From Marsupella aquatica (lineage: Eukaryota; Plantae; Marchantiophyta): a DNA stretch of 64,000 nucleotides. The notes below the pieces were generated by a model. It was not told the DNA's origin and did not search any database. It saw nothing but the letters and a program-made list of their open reading frames with translations. This document shows positions 10,569-21,772 of the stretch, piece after piece (position 1 is the stretch's first letter; every line of letters begins with the position of its first letter). Location of the stretch: contig OZ316894.1 in assembly GCA_973895155.1 (NCBI GenBank), positions 13,945,580 through 14,009,579 on the forward strand. Direction: 5' to 3'. The position numbers and the translations under genes were made by a program.

Positions 10569-10578
10569 CCTAAATACT
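10569..10578 (-). promoter_or_regulatory. Candidate TATA-like box of the LTR genomic promoter (AGTATTTAGG)
   Basis: Same 10-mer at a comparable position in the solo LTR (59351-59360), about 0.6 kb from the LTR 3' end in both. Confidence 0.45.
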
Positions 10579-11098
10579 GAAAAATCACACCAAAGCACCC
10601 CTCACAGGGTCACAACGGTGGCGGCTACCCTAGCGGCGCCGCTAAAACCTTGCACTAAGAGAAATCCTTAAACTGAAGAGGAGCATGCGGCACACACATG
10701 CTGCTAAAACCCTAAACCCAAAACAAGGGGGCCGACGGTGCCTTCGACGGCGCCCCAACAGTACACGTGAACCCTGAAAGTGAGAGGCACCCCAAAATGG
10801 CCGAAACTAGGTGCCCTTCCAAGTGCACACCTGAGCTCACCCCTGGATAGCTCTTCTTTTCCTGCTTCCGAATCACTAAGTCGCTCCCTCAACGGACTTC
10901 AGACGCCTGAGTTATGGCCGTTTCCGTACCGCAAAAACATAAGTTCTCCAGGCCATAACTTGCTCATCCTGGCTCCGTTTGAGGAGCGCCGCCTCTTGTT
11001 GGAATCAGCTCCGCGAGCTCATCCCAACAAGCCCATGAGTGACCCCCCACTAAAATGTTGGAAATCTGGAGGCCGTACACCCACGTCCGTACGCCTAT

Positions 11099-12955
11099 CT
11101 AATCCTCCTCTTCTTCTTCGCTCTCGGTGCCCGGACTTGTGCCCCGTGAGTGGTCCTCCTCCTCATCACTCACGGGAGTGAGTGCCACCGTACTTTTCTT
11201 CTTCTTCGACGGAGTACTCTTAGTGCTGCTGCTCCCGCGCTTCCTCAAAGCAGCCAAGGCCTGCCACGCCTTGATGTACCCCTCACCAATTGTGTCCTTC
11301 CAGAGGGTAGCCTCTTCTCCGGACCGCAACTCCAACGGTAGAACTTGCCCCGTGGCCATGGGAGTCCCGGGGGTGACAGACCTGGGTGGCATCCCCGTAC
11401 TGACCTGAGCCTCCCGTAACGATTTCCGTACCTCCCGGAGCTTCTTCTCCAAGCTCTTACTCTTCTCCTGACTCTTCTTGGCTCCATCCAACAAGGGTCC
11501 ATACTTCCCACTAACCTCCTTCACCACCATCTCGATAGCTTGGGAGATCACATCCGGGGAAAGTGTGGAGCCAGGTGTGCCGGGACTCTTCCGTTTCCCT
11601 AGACTCAGGGCCTCACTTCTCTTCGCTCGTGTCTCAAAGGCTGCCACCTGACTCCGTAGTGCTCCCACCTGGTTCCTCCACTCCATCACTTCTCCAGAAT
11701 TTTGCTTCTCTTTGGCCAATGCTTGCCTCAACGCTCCTACTTCTTCTGCTTCCTTGGCCTTGGTGGACAAAGCTCCCTTCAAGTTGGTGATCTCTACGTG
11801 AGCTGCATTGATGTGCCTGACCTTCTCATGAATGGTCTGCTCCTTGGTCTTGATCACCTCCTTCAGTGACAGGATGCTCTGCTCTAACGTCTCTACTTTG
11901 ACTGTGGCGTGCTTGAGAGACTCCCTCAATGCGTGGACTAGCTTGAGTCCCTCGTGGACTCCCTCTCTGAAATCCCGTAGCTCTGCCAAGTAAACATCCG
12001 GAATGTTGTATTCCAGAGGCTGTTTCGGATCTCCCACGAGTGATTCAAGCCACTCCAATGTGCAATCATCCTCCTGGTTCTCTTCTTCTCTATTATCCTC
12101 CCCACCAGCAGACAATGATTCCTCCGTGAGCTTCCCTAAAACGGTAGTGGCAATACTCCGGATCTCCGTGGTGAGAGATGATCCCGTGTCTTCATGCCCC
12201 GGAGAACCAATCAACCCTTCTGCCCTGGCCAATACAAATGACCCCATCAAATGTACAGCCCCACCTGGTTTCACACTCCCGGGCTCAGCGGCCAATAGCT
12301 TCTTCAATCCGTAGCACCACCATCCGTACACATGGGCTGGGTAGTTCTTGATGTCCATAGCTACCACGAAATGCTCCTCATTCAGCACTCCGGATTGCAC
12401 GTTGCCAAGAACCCGTTGATGCACCTTGGCCAGGAAGCCCTTATACTCAACATCCTTGACAGCAGAAAGAGGGATGGCGGTGGTGGAGGTAGGATTGGTC
12501 ACCCAAGTGGCCACCATTTTCAACGTGAGTTCTCCCCTGATATTCCGAGGTGTGAATGAGAATTTCTGATTCTCAAGAAACAATAGCTTAGCCAACTCCA
12601 CATGGGGCACTACACGTTTGAGACATTCAAAGTAGATTCCCTCCGTTCGGAACTCCATCCCGGCCTCAATGTCCCAGCTCTTCCCTGAAGGGATGGTAAT
12701 CTCCACCTTCATGAATTCTGTAAGCCCGGTGGCTTGGAAAATGTTCCGACAATCCTCCATCACCTTGGTGGAGGTCTTGGGATAAATTCGACGAAAAATC
12801 TTCCTACCCACCGGTGAGGAACCCGCTGCCAATCCCGTGCTCATCATAACTTCTCTCTCTTCCCTTTCCCGTGTAATCCGAGTCTCCACGTAGTCACGGT
12901 AAGCAGCCTTGTATCTCCGAATGCGTGACGCACTAAACTCTGGTTGATCTAGCAT
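11099..12955 (-). CDS. 618-aa LTR-resident accessory protein (5' LTR copy)
   Basis: Translation identical to 407-2263. Confidence 0.85.
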   Translation of the reverse strand: MLDQPEFSASRIRRYKAAYRDYVETRITREREEREVMMSTGLAAGSSPVGRKIFRRIYPKTSTKVMEDCRNIFQATGLTEFMKVEITIPSGKSWDIEAGMEFRTEGIYFECLKRVVPHVELAKLLFLENQKFSFTPRNIRGELTLKMVATWVTNPTSTTAIPLSAVKDVEYKGFLAKVHQRVLGNVQSGVLNEEHFVVAMDIKNYPAHVYGWWCYGLKKLLAAEPGSVKPGGAVHLMGSFVLARAEGLIGSPGHEDTGSSLTTEIRSIATTVLGKLTEESLSAGGEDNREEENQEDDCTLEWLESLVGDPKQPLEYNIPDVYLAELRDFREGVHEGLKLVHALRESLKHATVKVETLEQSILSLKEVIKTKEQTIHEKVRHINAAHVEITNLKGALSTKAKEAEEVGALRQALAKEKQNSGEVMEWRNQVGALRSQVAAFETRAKRSEALSLGKRKSPGTPGSTLSPDVISQAIEMVVKEVSGKYGPLLDGAKKSQEKSKSLEKKLREVRKSLREAQVSTGMPPRSVTPGTPMATGQVLPLELRSGEEATLWKDTIGEGYIKAWQALAALRKRGSSSTKSTPSKKKKSTVALTPVSDEEEDHSRGTSPGTESEEEEED

Positions 12956-13392
12956 CCATGCATCCCGAAATCAATTTCTCAATCACCAATCCCGTCACCC
13001 GTGGCAATGTCAATTCCCTGGCCCGAAACAGCCCCCGTAGCCCGATCACTTAAATTCTCTCAATTTCCCGTCACTACTCCGTGCGGCCGCCACTAATGCC
13101 TGGAAGAATGACGCCAGCAAGCCCCACTAATCCACCATGAAAGAGAGAGCTTCAAAAATAATTAGAATCTGGAGAGAGCTTCCGGCAAGAGAGAGAAGAA
13201 CCCCGTTTTTGCTTTCGGCAATGAGAGGGTCGTGCAAAAGGAAGAGGGAAAGAAAAAGGAAGGAAAAAAAAATAGAACCGAAAAAACTCCTGGCGCCTTC
13301 GCCATGCGCCCCGGCCCATTTCTCGGGCCTTACCCTTGCGTCCTCCTGCGCGCGGCCCTATGCAGGGCGCGCGGCCATTCCTCCCGGCTCGC

Positions 13393-13533
13393 GGGAGGCC
13401 CTTCAACTCCCCCCCGCTCGCGTGATCCTCCCAGCTCGCGGGAGGCCCTTTAACTCCCCCCCGCTCGCGTGATCCTCCCAGCTCGCGGGAGGCCCTTTAA
13501 CTCCCCCCCGCTCGCGTGATCCTCCCAGCTCGC
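13393..13533. repeat. 3 x 47-bp tandem repeat in 5' LTR
   Basis: Same unit as 2701-2888, one copy fewer. Confidence 0.95.
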
Positions 13534-14014
13534 GGGACCTCATTAATTGCCCGGGCACGCAGCCCTATGGGCTCGCGAGGCAGCCCCTTCAGCTCGCGGA
13601 GCCCCATTAATCGCCCGGGCACGCAGCCCTATGGGCTCGCGAGGCAGCCCCTCTTTCTCTCGGACGGCCACTAATGGGACTCGCCCTCCTGAGGAGGGAT
13701 TTATTTAAAAAAAAACCCCCCCCTCTCCTGACTTTGCAATGGGGGTCTCAACAATAGCTCTTGAAGCAAAACGGTAAGTCCTATGGGGCTGGTCCTGGCT
13801 AGTTTCAAGGTCCCAAAATATTTGCCCACTTAGGTCGCCGCAAATCTTAGAACTATTATGAGAGAAAGAATATAAAGTCACCTGGGGCATCATCAACCTA
13901 TAATGACGGAATTAACTAAAAATTAAAAAATGGCTTATTTACATTGACTATTAACAAGGTATCGGCCTTTGCAACCAGTTATGTGTGACTTCCCGTGACG
14001 GGGTACCCGTCACA

Positions 14015-15490
14015 GCTCCATAAAATATGGAAGGACCATGGGATGTGGAAGGTCCATAGGATGTAGATGCCCCATCACCAAATGTAGGTCTCACCTGGGA
14101 ACTAGCCATGGCAGCTAGCTGTTGCTCCAATTGAGCAATCTTAGCATTCTTTGGATCTATGGTTACAACAGGGGCAGCGTTACCTCCCTGTCTCCCTGCA
14201 TGTGGCATGCCCCGACCACGTCCACCACCTCTACCTCCTCCTCCTCTTCCCTGATCATGTGTACGGGATCCTCCTCTCCGTAACTCAGGATGGAGTGAGA
14301 AACACCTATCCTTCGTGTGTCCAGGAGCTCCATAGTGATCACACTATCGCTGATCAGGCGCTGATGCTCCCCCTGATCCTCTATGATCTGGGCAATATCT
14401 CTGTGCATGATCCCCACCATAGGTCCAACATCGTGACTGTTGTCCAGCAAAAGAGGGCACAGGTCTCTAGCTGGTAGACTCTCGTGCAATAGGCTTCTCC
14501 CTCTGGCTCTTCCGTGCAGTAGGTTGTGGTGGGGATGTAGATGCAACCTTTGGTGCTTCCTTGGCAAATCCGGAAGTCACCACCTTCTCATTCACCATAC
14601 TGTGCTCAATGCGCTCCGAAAGTGTAAAAACAACTGCTAATGTGGGATCTACATCCCTAAGCAGAGTGACATCTCTCACTTTGCATCGCAATTCTCTGTC
14701 CATAATTGCATACCAAAATTGGACTACCTGAGCCTCTCTCACTCCCTTGGTGACAGTGATCAATCTGCGCATACGAGTGTATGCCTCACGTAGACTCTCT
14801 CCAGTCTTGCACTAGAACTCCTTGAGGCCCTTCAACTTATCAGTTCTCACACCCTGATAGTTTTGCTTCAGTACCTCAAAGAATTCCACCATAGGGTTAA
14901 ATGCTGGCACAACTCCAGTTCCTGTCACAATCACACCGGCAGGAGTAGCGGTGGATGCTGCTAGAGTACTGTTGGTGGATGGTGTGCCACTCTGGCTAGT
15001 GCTGCTAGAAGAAGCAATAGCTGTGGCAATGGGTTGGGCAGCCGCACTAGTGCCATAGGTGATGGACACGTAATTAGGCGACCAATGCTGCCTCCATGCC
15101 TCAATCTCAACCAAATGAGCCTTTCAAAACTCATGGTAGTCATCCATGGGTGGCCCCTCCAAATGCTGAAATAATCTCTTCCATGCCATGAAAGGGGTAA
15201 ACAACGTGGCATTACGCAATGTCTGCATATTGCACCACGTATCAAAATCCTGGATGAAGTCATCCAAATCAATTGTGCCAACTGCACCAGATTATCGTTG
15301 TGGGCCCTTCGTAGCCCCGTACATCTTATCCATATCCCACAACAGAGGTGCAACCACCTGATGACGAGGAGAACTGGTCACTGAGTTCTCGTCGGAATCA
15401 CTGTCTGAAGTTGTGCTGCTGACTGCTACCAATGTCGCTGGCCAAAACTACACCCCACTCCGAGTAAAACCGGTCTGTCATCCATTGGGT
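14015..15490 (-). pseudogene. Degenerate gypsy gag interrupted by the Athila-like insertion
   Basis: Broken frames reading EFFEVLKQNYQG..KEF*CKTGESLREAYTRMRRLI..QFWYAIMDRELRCKV, plus a zinc-knuckle remnant (CWQCGELGH-like). Confidence 0.7.
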
Positions 15491-15567
15491 AACCCAACAG
15501 CACCAAAAGAATCCGTGGTGACCAACCTAGTCTAATCTATATGCTAACCCTAAGGGCAATCTGTCCC

Positions 15568-17378
15568 TGTCAGTAACACAAGCACTCACCATGGTGTGTT
15601 GGGCATCATTCCAACGTCACCGGGAGAGAAATACGTAGCACAACTAGAATGTCCGGTTGCAAACCCAGATCACTCCTATAGAATCAAGCGCCCACGCCAA
15701 ACTAACATGGCGCATAAACAGGAAGCATATGTGGAGAGGATCCAATCAACAAGAAGAGATCCACAATAACTCTCCACATCAATAGTGATCATACATCAAT
15801 CAAACAATGTTCATAATGTTCAATGTGGGGCCTTCATAATAGGCCTCTCAATGTTCAATGTCGTAGCTAAGGATCCATGCACAATTGGTTCAATCCATGG
15901 ATCTAGATGGATTCAGAAGCATCAAAAACCTTAAGGGAGCTCACAAACTAGAATGTGTATAAAATGCCTAAGTGCTCATTCCATTAACATCAAAGTGGAA
16001 ATGAGGGGTGTGTACACAAGAGCACTTAAGAACCACATAGTTAAGCGCGTGAGGAAGGAATAGCTTTGGGATGGGTGACCTCTCACTTGTAGTTATGCAC
16101 CAAATTGGCCGCTCCAAAATCAGCAGCTTGCAACTACTGCTCACGTACCAGCAAGCCCGCCCGCTCCTGCTCCGCCCTCACGCCCCTCATCCCGAGTAAC
16201 CACGAGTTGCCTCGAAGCCTCCAAACGCCAAGAGTGAGCCCTTCACGCCCGCAAAGCTTCGCTACGCCGGAACCACGTTCAGATTTGCAACATTCAGGGT
16301 TCCGCCCCTTGTGTCCCTTCATAGAAGTTTGCGGTAGCGGCGGAGTGGAGTACAGTTTGTCTCCCACATCGATGTACTATCTTCGTAGATCTGCAACGAG
16401 CGTTGGTTTGACAACATTCAAACTTTGCCTTCACAAAACGCATCAACATTCCTGGCGGGTGGCTACTTCCGGATCGGCGCACGACGGTCACTTCGGATTA
16501 GCGCCAACAACGTACAGTCCGCACCGCCAAATCGGCAACATGTGACAGTCATTTCCTTCACAAAAATGTGGTTGTCGCTTCTACTCGACAGCCGTCTCGG
16601 TTACACTTAGCGCCACGTTCCTTCGTGAAACCATTGGAGCCCGATTCGGCAACATGTAATAGTCATTTCCTTCCGAGAAACGCAGATTCAGAGTGTAGAG
16701 TGCATCGGTCTTTGGCAACATTCATCGGATTGATCCCTTCACACATATGCGGGCGATAGCAGCACACTGTCCAATCGCAAATCAGCAGATGGAACATTCA
16801 CCCCCCACAGAGCACCGCACTCATCTAGTTGCAGCCAATCGGTATACAAACAATTAGAGCCACGGATAGGCTACAGATCTGCTCAAGAATGAAACTCACA
16901 CGATCTCAACTTGGATCCACATATCGGCGATCCAATCAAGCAATACGATGCACGATCCGAGATACCACAAACCGTCATCGAACACAATCAAACTGAAAAT
17001 CGAAGCTCTGTCCAACAACAACAGAGTCCGATGCCTGATCTTTCAATGTAATCTCAATATAATCGGCACAACAATCCCGGTCCACAATACCCCATCAATC
17101 CCGCACCGATCCGATCACACATGTATGTCAAGCCAACGCACCTTGCACTACTCAAGGAATCCACATTACACAAGTGGAGCTCACAGCCACCATAGCCACA
17201 CTCAAGCTCCTCTCTCTCCAAGGCTCAACATTGAAAGATGACCTTTCAATGCCTCACAAGTAAGAAGTACCCTCTCACACAAACCTGACGAAACCTTATC
17301 GGCTCATATAGCACACATACCAAACATACGGATCTAGATAGTATGATACACTCTAACACTACCTAGAATGGTGTGACA
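15568..17378 (-). repeat. Putative ~1.8 kb 5' LTR of the degenerate minus-strand gypsy element
   Basis: TGTCA...TGACA inverted termini upstream of the gag relic. The first ~320 bp match 21002-21320. Confidence 0.45.
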
Positions 17379-17590
17379 GAGTAGCTAAACAGCTGCGGAT
17401 GCGCTCTGTTGGTGTTACTGATCGTCCATTGGTGAGCTTGCGGTCCACTGAGACAGTGACGACCACAGCTGGGGGCGAGCAGACAATCCATGGACCTACG
17501 GCAGGATTGGCCAAGGCTGGACAGATTGTTGAGTAGGAAGAGACTGCTCAATCTATTGCTAAATAGCAATCATCGGCTATCCCTTCTACC

Positions 17591-20500
17591 CTACACAAGG
17601 ATATTAGGGATCTGGTGGAGAGTTGGAAGCCACAGATTGGTCCTAAGTTGACAGGGGAGGAGAGACGTCGCATGCATCGATTCCTGAAGAGTTACTAGAA
17701 TTGTTTTGCATTCAACATGAAGAATTTGGGGATATTGAAAGGCCCTGGTATTCAAATTGAATTGGCTAGTGATGCGCCAATCTTTCATAGACCATACCAT
17801 TATAATGACATGGAGAGAGCTCTGATTCAAAGCAGAACTCAAGATTTATTGGAGGCTGGATTGGTGGAGATTTCATATGGGGAGTATGCATCTGCCACAG
17901 TGATGCCAGCCAAGAAAGATGTGCATGGCAATTACACAGATAGGCGCATGTGTGGTGATTACAGACCTATTAATCGCCAGAAAAAATCTGATCGATATGC
18001 CATGCCCACACTTGAGGAGATCTTTGATGTTGTGGGGCATGCAAAGGTTTTCAGTTCATTGGATCTGAGGGCAGGGTACCATCAGCTTCCAATTAGGCAT
18101 GCTGACAAGTCCAAGACAGCATTATGGGGGATTGATTCTTATGGCAAAGATCGTTTGTATCAGTGATTGTTCTTACCATTTGGGTTGAAGAATGCACCAG
18201 CTGAATTCCAAAGAGTCATGGATCGAATCCTTACAGGTTTGGATTTTGTCAGATGTTATATTGATGATGTTTTGGTCTATTCTTCTACTATGGAAGAACA
18301 TCAGCAGTTGCAAATTGTGTTGGAGAGATTGAGAGCACATGGGTTGAAGCTCCATCCTGGCAAGTGTAAGTTCTTCCAAGACCAGATTGAGTATTTGGGC
18401 CACACTATATACCCAGGGGGATTGGGGGTACAGCAGACTAAAGTGGAGGCCATTACACAGATTCCTCGTCCTACTGATGTGAGCAAAGTTTGTGCATTCT
18501 TGGGATTGGTGAGCTACTACAGGAGGTATGTTAAAGGATTTAGCCAGCTTGCTAAACCTTTAACCATACTCACTAAGTTGGATCAGGAATGTACTTGGGG
18601 TGATGACCAGGAGCATGCTTTTCAAGAGTTGAAGCAAAGGTTGGCATCATCCCCTATTTTGAGAAGACTCATTTCAAGCAGACCATTTCAGCTACACATT
18701 GATTGGAGTGGAGTAGGACTTGGAGCAGTGCTGACTCAAAAAGATGATGAAGGGCATGAGTTTGTTGTGGCATATGCCAGTAGATCAAACAATTCAGTAG
18801 AGGCTAAGTATAGCTCTTATGAGGGAGAGTGTTTGGCAGTAGTGTGGGCTGTGGCACACTTCCGCTGTTACTTGTTTGGTAATCTTTTCACTTTGATCAT
18901 TGATCATCAGCCTCTCAAGTGGTTAATGGAGTCTGACAAGCTTACTGGGAATCTTGCACGATGGGCATTGTTGTTGCAGGAGTATGATTTCCAGGTTGTA
19001 CATAGACCTGGAAAGGTGAACTTGGATGCAGATGGGTTGAGCCGCAACCCATGTACCAGTCAGCAGGATGAGACTGGAGCCAGATGGCATGATGAGTCAG
19101 ATAAGGAGATGGTGCCAGGATGGCATGCATCTGCCTTTCTTTGTTGGGTGCCAGCATACAATGGATCTGTGGACTCTACCTCATTGGATGGAGTGGATGA
19201 TGGGTCTTCAGATGTGGATGTTGGTGAGGTAACTTCTGGACAGCAAGATATTCACAATGATGTGAGAGTGTTAGAATATCTGCGCAATGGTTCTATTGTT
19301 GGCAGTGTTGATGCCAAGGAACGTGACAGGGTTCTACAGAGAGCCAAGAGATTTCGATGGGAGGGAAACCATCTTCTGAGAGTACTGCATGATGGTAGGG
19401 TGTTGATGGTACCAAAACCATCACAACGAGTACATTTGGTGCGACATGCGCACGAGGAGTTGGGTCACTTTGGTGTGAAGCGCACTTATAGCTTGCTGCA
19501 GACACAATATTGGTGGCGTTGTATGCACACTCATGTCCAGCAGTTGATAGCTAAGTGTGTGGTATGTGATAGAGTGAGAGCATCATTTAATGCTCCCACT
19601 CCCCAATTGCACCCGTTGCCGATCATGGGTTTGGGATATCGTTGGAGTTTGGATTTTGCTGGTCCATTACCTCTTATCCAACATCATAATCTGTATGTTT
19701 TGGTCATGGTGGAGCACTTATCCAAGTGGATTGAGCTAGTGGCGTTGCTAGATAAAGCCAGTGGAGGAGTTGTTGCTACATTTTTGGATCGTGTACTCAG
19801 TCATTTTGGAGCACCAGCTGAGGTGTTGACTGATCAAGGAACTGAGTTCCATGGAGAGTTTGAGAATTTGTGTGAGCAAGCTCTGATTGATCATTGTACT
19901 ACCTCTTGTGATCATCCTGAGGTAGATGGATTAGCTAAGAGAGTTTGAAAACTATGAAGAGAGGATTGCGTAAGTATGGCTTGTAGGTTGGTCATCTAGG
20001 TGTTTGGGATCTCAAGCTACCTTGGTTAGCTATGGGCTACCGTTTCAGTCGGCAAGCATCACTTGCATCATTCTCACCTTACTTTTTGCTCTATGGTAGA
20101 GAGCCAGATTTGCCAGCAGCTATTGGTCGTGATGCTGCACCAGTTGTGAACTTGGATGATCCTGATGTTTGGGTCAAGGTGTGTTCAGAGAGAGCACGGG
20201 TATTTCAGAGAGTGATGCCCATGGATTTTGACAACCTTGCCATTGCCCAACATCGTGATAGTTTGAGGTATGCCACTATTTGTGGAGGAGGTTACCGTGC
20301 AAGCATTCGACAATTTCATCATGGTGATTATGTTTATTTGCAGCAGACAGCACCCACGACACTTGATGTGACCGCAGGCTGGACAATCTTACGTGTGTGT
20401 GAAGTATTGCCTTCTGATGTCCTGATGTTGGAGGGACGCGATGGTATGGTTTGGAAGGATCATGTGCGCAACTGTGCACCATGTCACCTTCCCAACATTG

Positions 20501-20688
20501 ATGGTATAGTAGATCCAAGTTTGGCACATGTTTGTGCTGGCTTGAAATGTATGTTGTGTGGATCTGCTCAGGGAGCAACTACTATGCTGATTTGTGATAA
20601 GTGTTCTAGAGGATGACACATGTCATGTTTGACACCACCATTACAGGTGATTCCTAGTGGATCATGGTTGTGTCCCCAGTGTCGGTGA
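17591..20688 (+). pseudogene. Degenerate Ty3/gypsy pol: RT-RNase H-integrase with C-terminal PHD finger
   Basis: RMCGDYR, LPFGLKNAP, YIDD, DWS..EGECLA..DH, HEELGH..CVVC, WSLDF, TDQG, then CMLC..CDKC..H..C..W.CPQC. Several in-frame stops. Confidence 0.9.
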
Positions 20689-20863
20689 AGCCAACTAGTT
20701 ATCATTTGTGTTCTCTTGGCCGATATGGATTGCAAGAAGGTGATCGATGGGGCTCACTTGTACCCGGCCTCCTGATCTTCACACTTAAAAAGGTGTATAT
20801 CAGCCCTGTAGAACTCATGGCTAGCTAGAGTTAGGGGACCTTACTCCCAGCTAGGGGGGCGAT

Positions 20864-21459
20864 TGTGGGTTTTGGACATGTGTGGACATGAGTTCCACTT
20901 GTATTCCATTCTCTTGTGTTTGTGATGTGGCAGTGTGACTATGTCTGGATGTATGTGACAAGCAATGTATGTTATGTAGCGATGTGTATGTGCACAACAG
21001 CTGTCACACCATTCTAGGTAGTGTTAGAGTGTATCGTACTATCTAGATCCGTATGTTTGGTATGTGTACTATATGAGCCAATAAGGTTCCATTAGGTTTG
21101 TGTGAGAGGGTAGTTCTCTCTTGTGAGGCATTGAAAGGTTATCTTTCAATGTTGAGCCTTGGAGAGAGAGGAGCTTGAGTGTGGCTATGGTGGCTGTGAG
21201 CTTCGCTTGTGTAACGTGGATTCCTTGAGTAGGACAAGGTGCATTGGCTTGACATACGTGTGTGATCGGATCGGTGCGGGATTGATGGGGTATTGTTGAT
21301 CGGGATCGTTGTGCCGATTGTTGAGAAGATTATTGTGGGTTTTGGACATGAGTTCCACTTGTATTCCATTATCTTGTGTTTGTGATGTGACAGTGTGACT
21401 ATGTCTGGATGTATGTGACAAGCGATGTATGTTATGTAGCGATGTGTATGCGCACTACA
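20864..21459 (+). repeat. 3' LTR region with A-B-A' structure
   Basis: Follows PPT AGGGGGGCGAT. 20864-20999 is repeated at 21334-21459, and both copies run TG..CA. Confidence 0.65.
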
Positions 21460-21772
21460 CTTTCTTAGTGTAGGTCATGTATTAAAAGTTTGATTTTTTA
21501 CAATGGTATTGGCAGTTAAGCACAAACTATACATGTGCACTTGATCATGTCTTAGTATTGTATACGCTCTTTATAAAGACACAAGGGCAAACTACAATGA
21601 GTTTCCAAAATACTTATAAATGACTCAAGGATGTTTTTAATATATTGAAAATTATTTATTATATTTTTCAAGGATCTATTAAATTTGCCATATGAAAATT
21701 AATAAGGGGTATGTAACATGTAAGTGTTCACAGAGGTATTATGAGTTTTAGCCTATGTAATTCCCTAGGGTC

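Larger units (their letters stand above)
1..14014 (-). mobile_element. Intact Ty3/gypsy non-chromovirus (Athila-like) LTR retrotransposon; 3' LTR runs off the left edge of the window
   Basis: Single gag-PR-RT-RH-INT ORF in gypsy order between two near-identical direct repeats (offset 10692). tRNA-Asp-type PBS, PPT, and LTR starting with TG. No chromodomain and no obvious extra RNase H. Confidence 0.93.
9988..14014 (-). repeat. 5' LTR, ~4.03 kb
   Basis: TGTGAC start at 14014 is well defined by loss of identity. The 3' end at ...AAGTGACA (9988) is inferred as the nearest CA before the PBS and resembles the solo-LTR end ...CGCGACA. Confidence 0.8.

Noticed and set aside
1-14014. Tandem array, segmental duplication or assembly artefact as the explanation for the 10.7 kb-offset repeat
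   Set aside because: The repeat boundary coincides with PPT+TG, a PBS follows the other copy, and the copies differ in 47-mer number, all consistent with an LTR pair.
17061-21459. DIRS-type element suggested by inverted and split repeats
   Set aside because: Encodes a DDE integrase and has a PPT, with no tyrosine recombinase.
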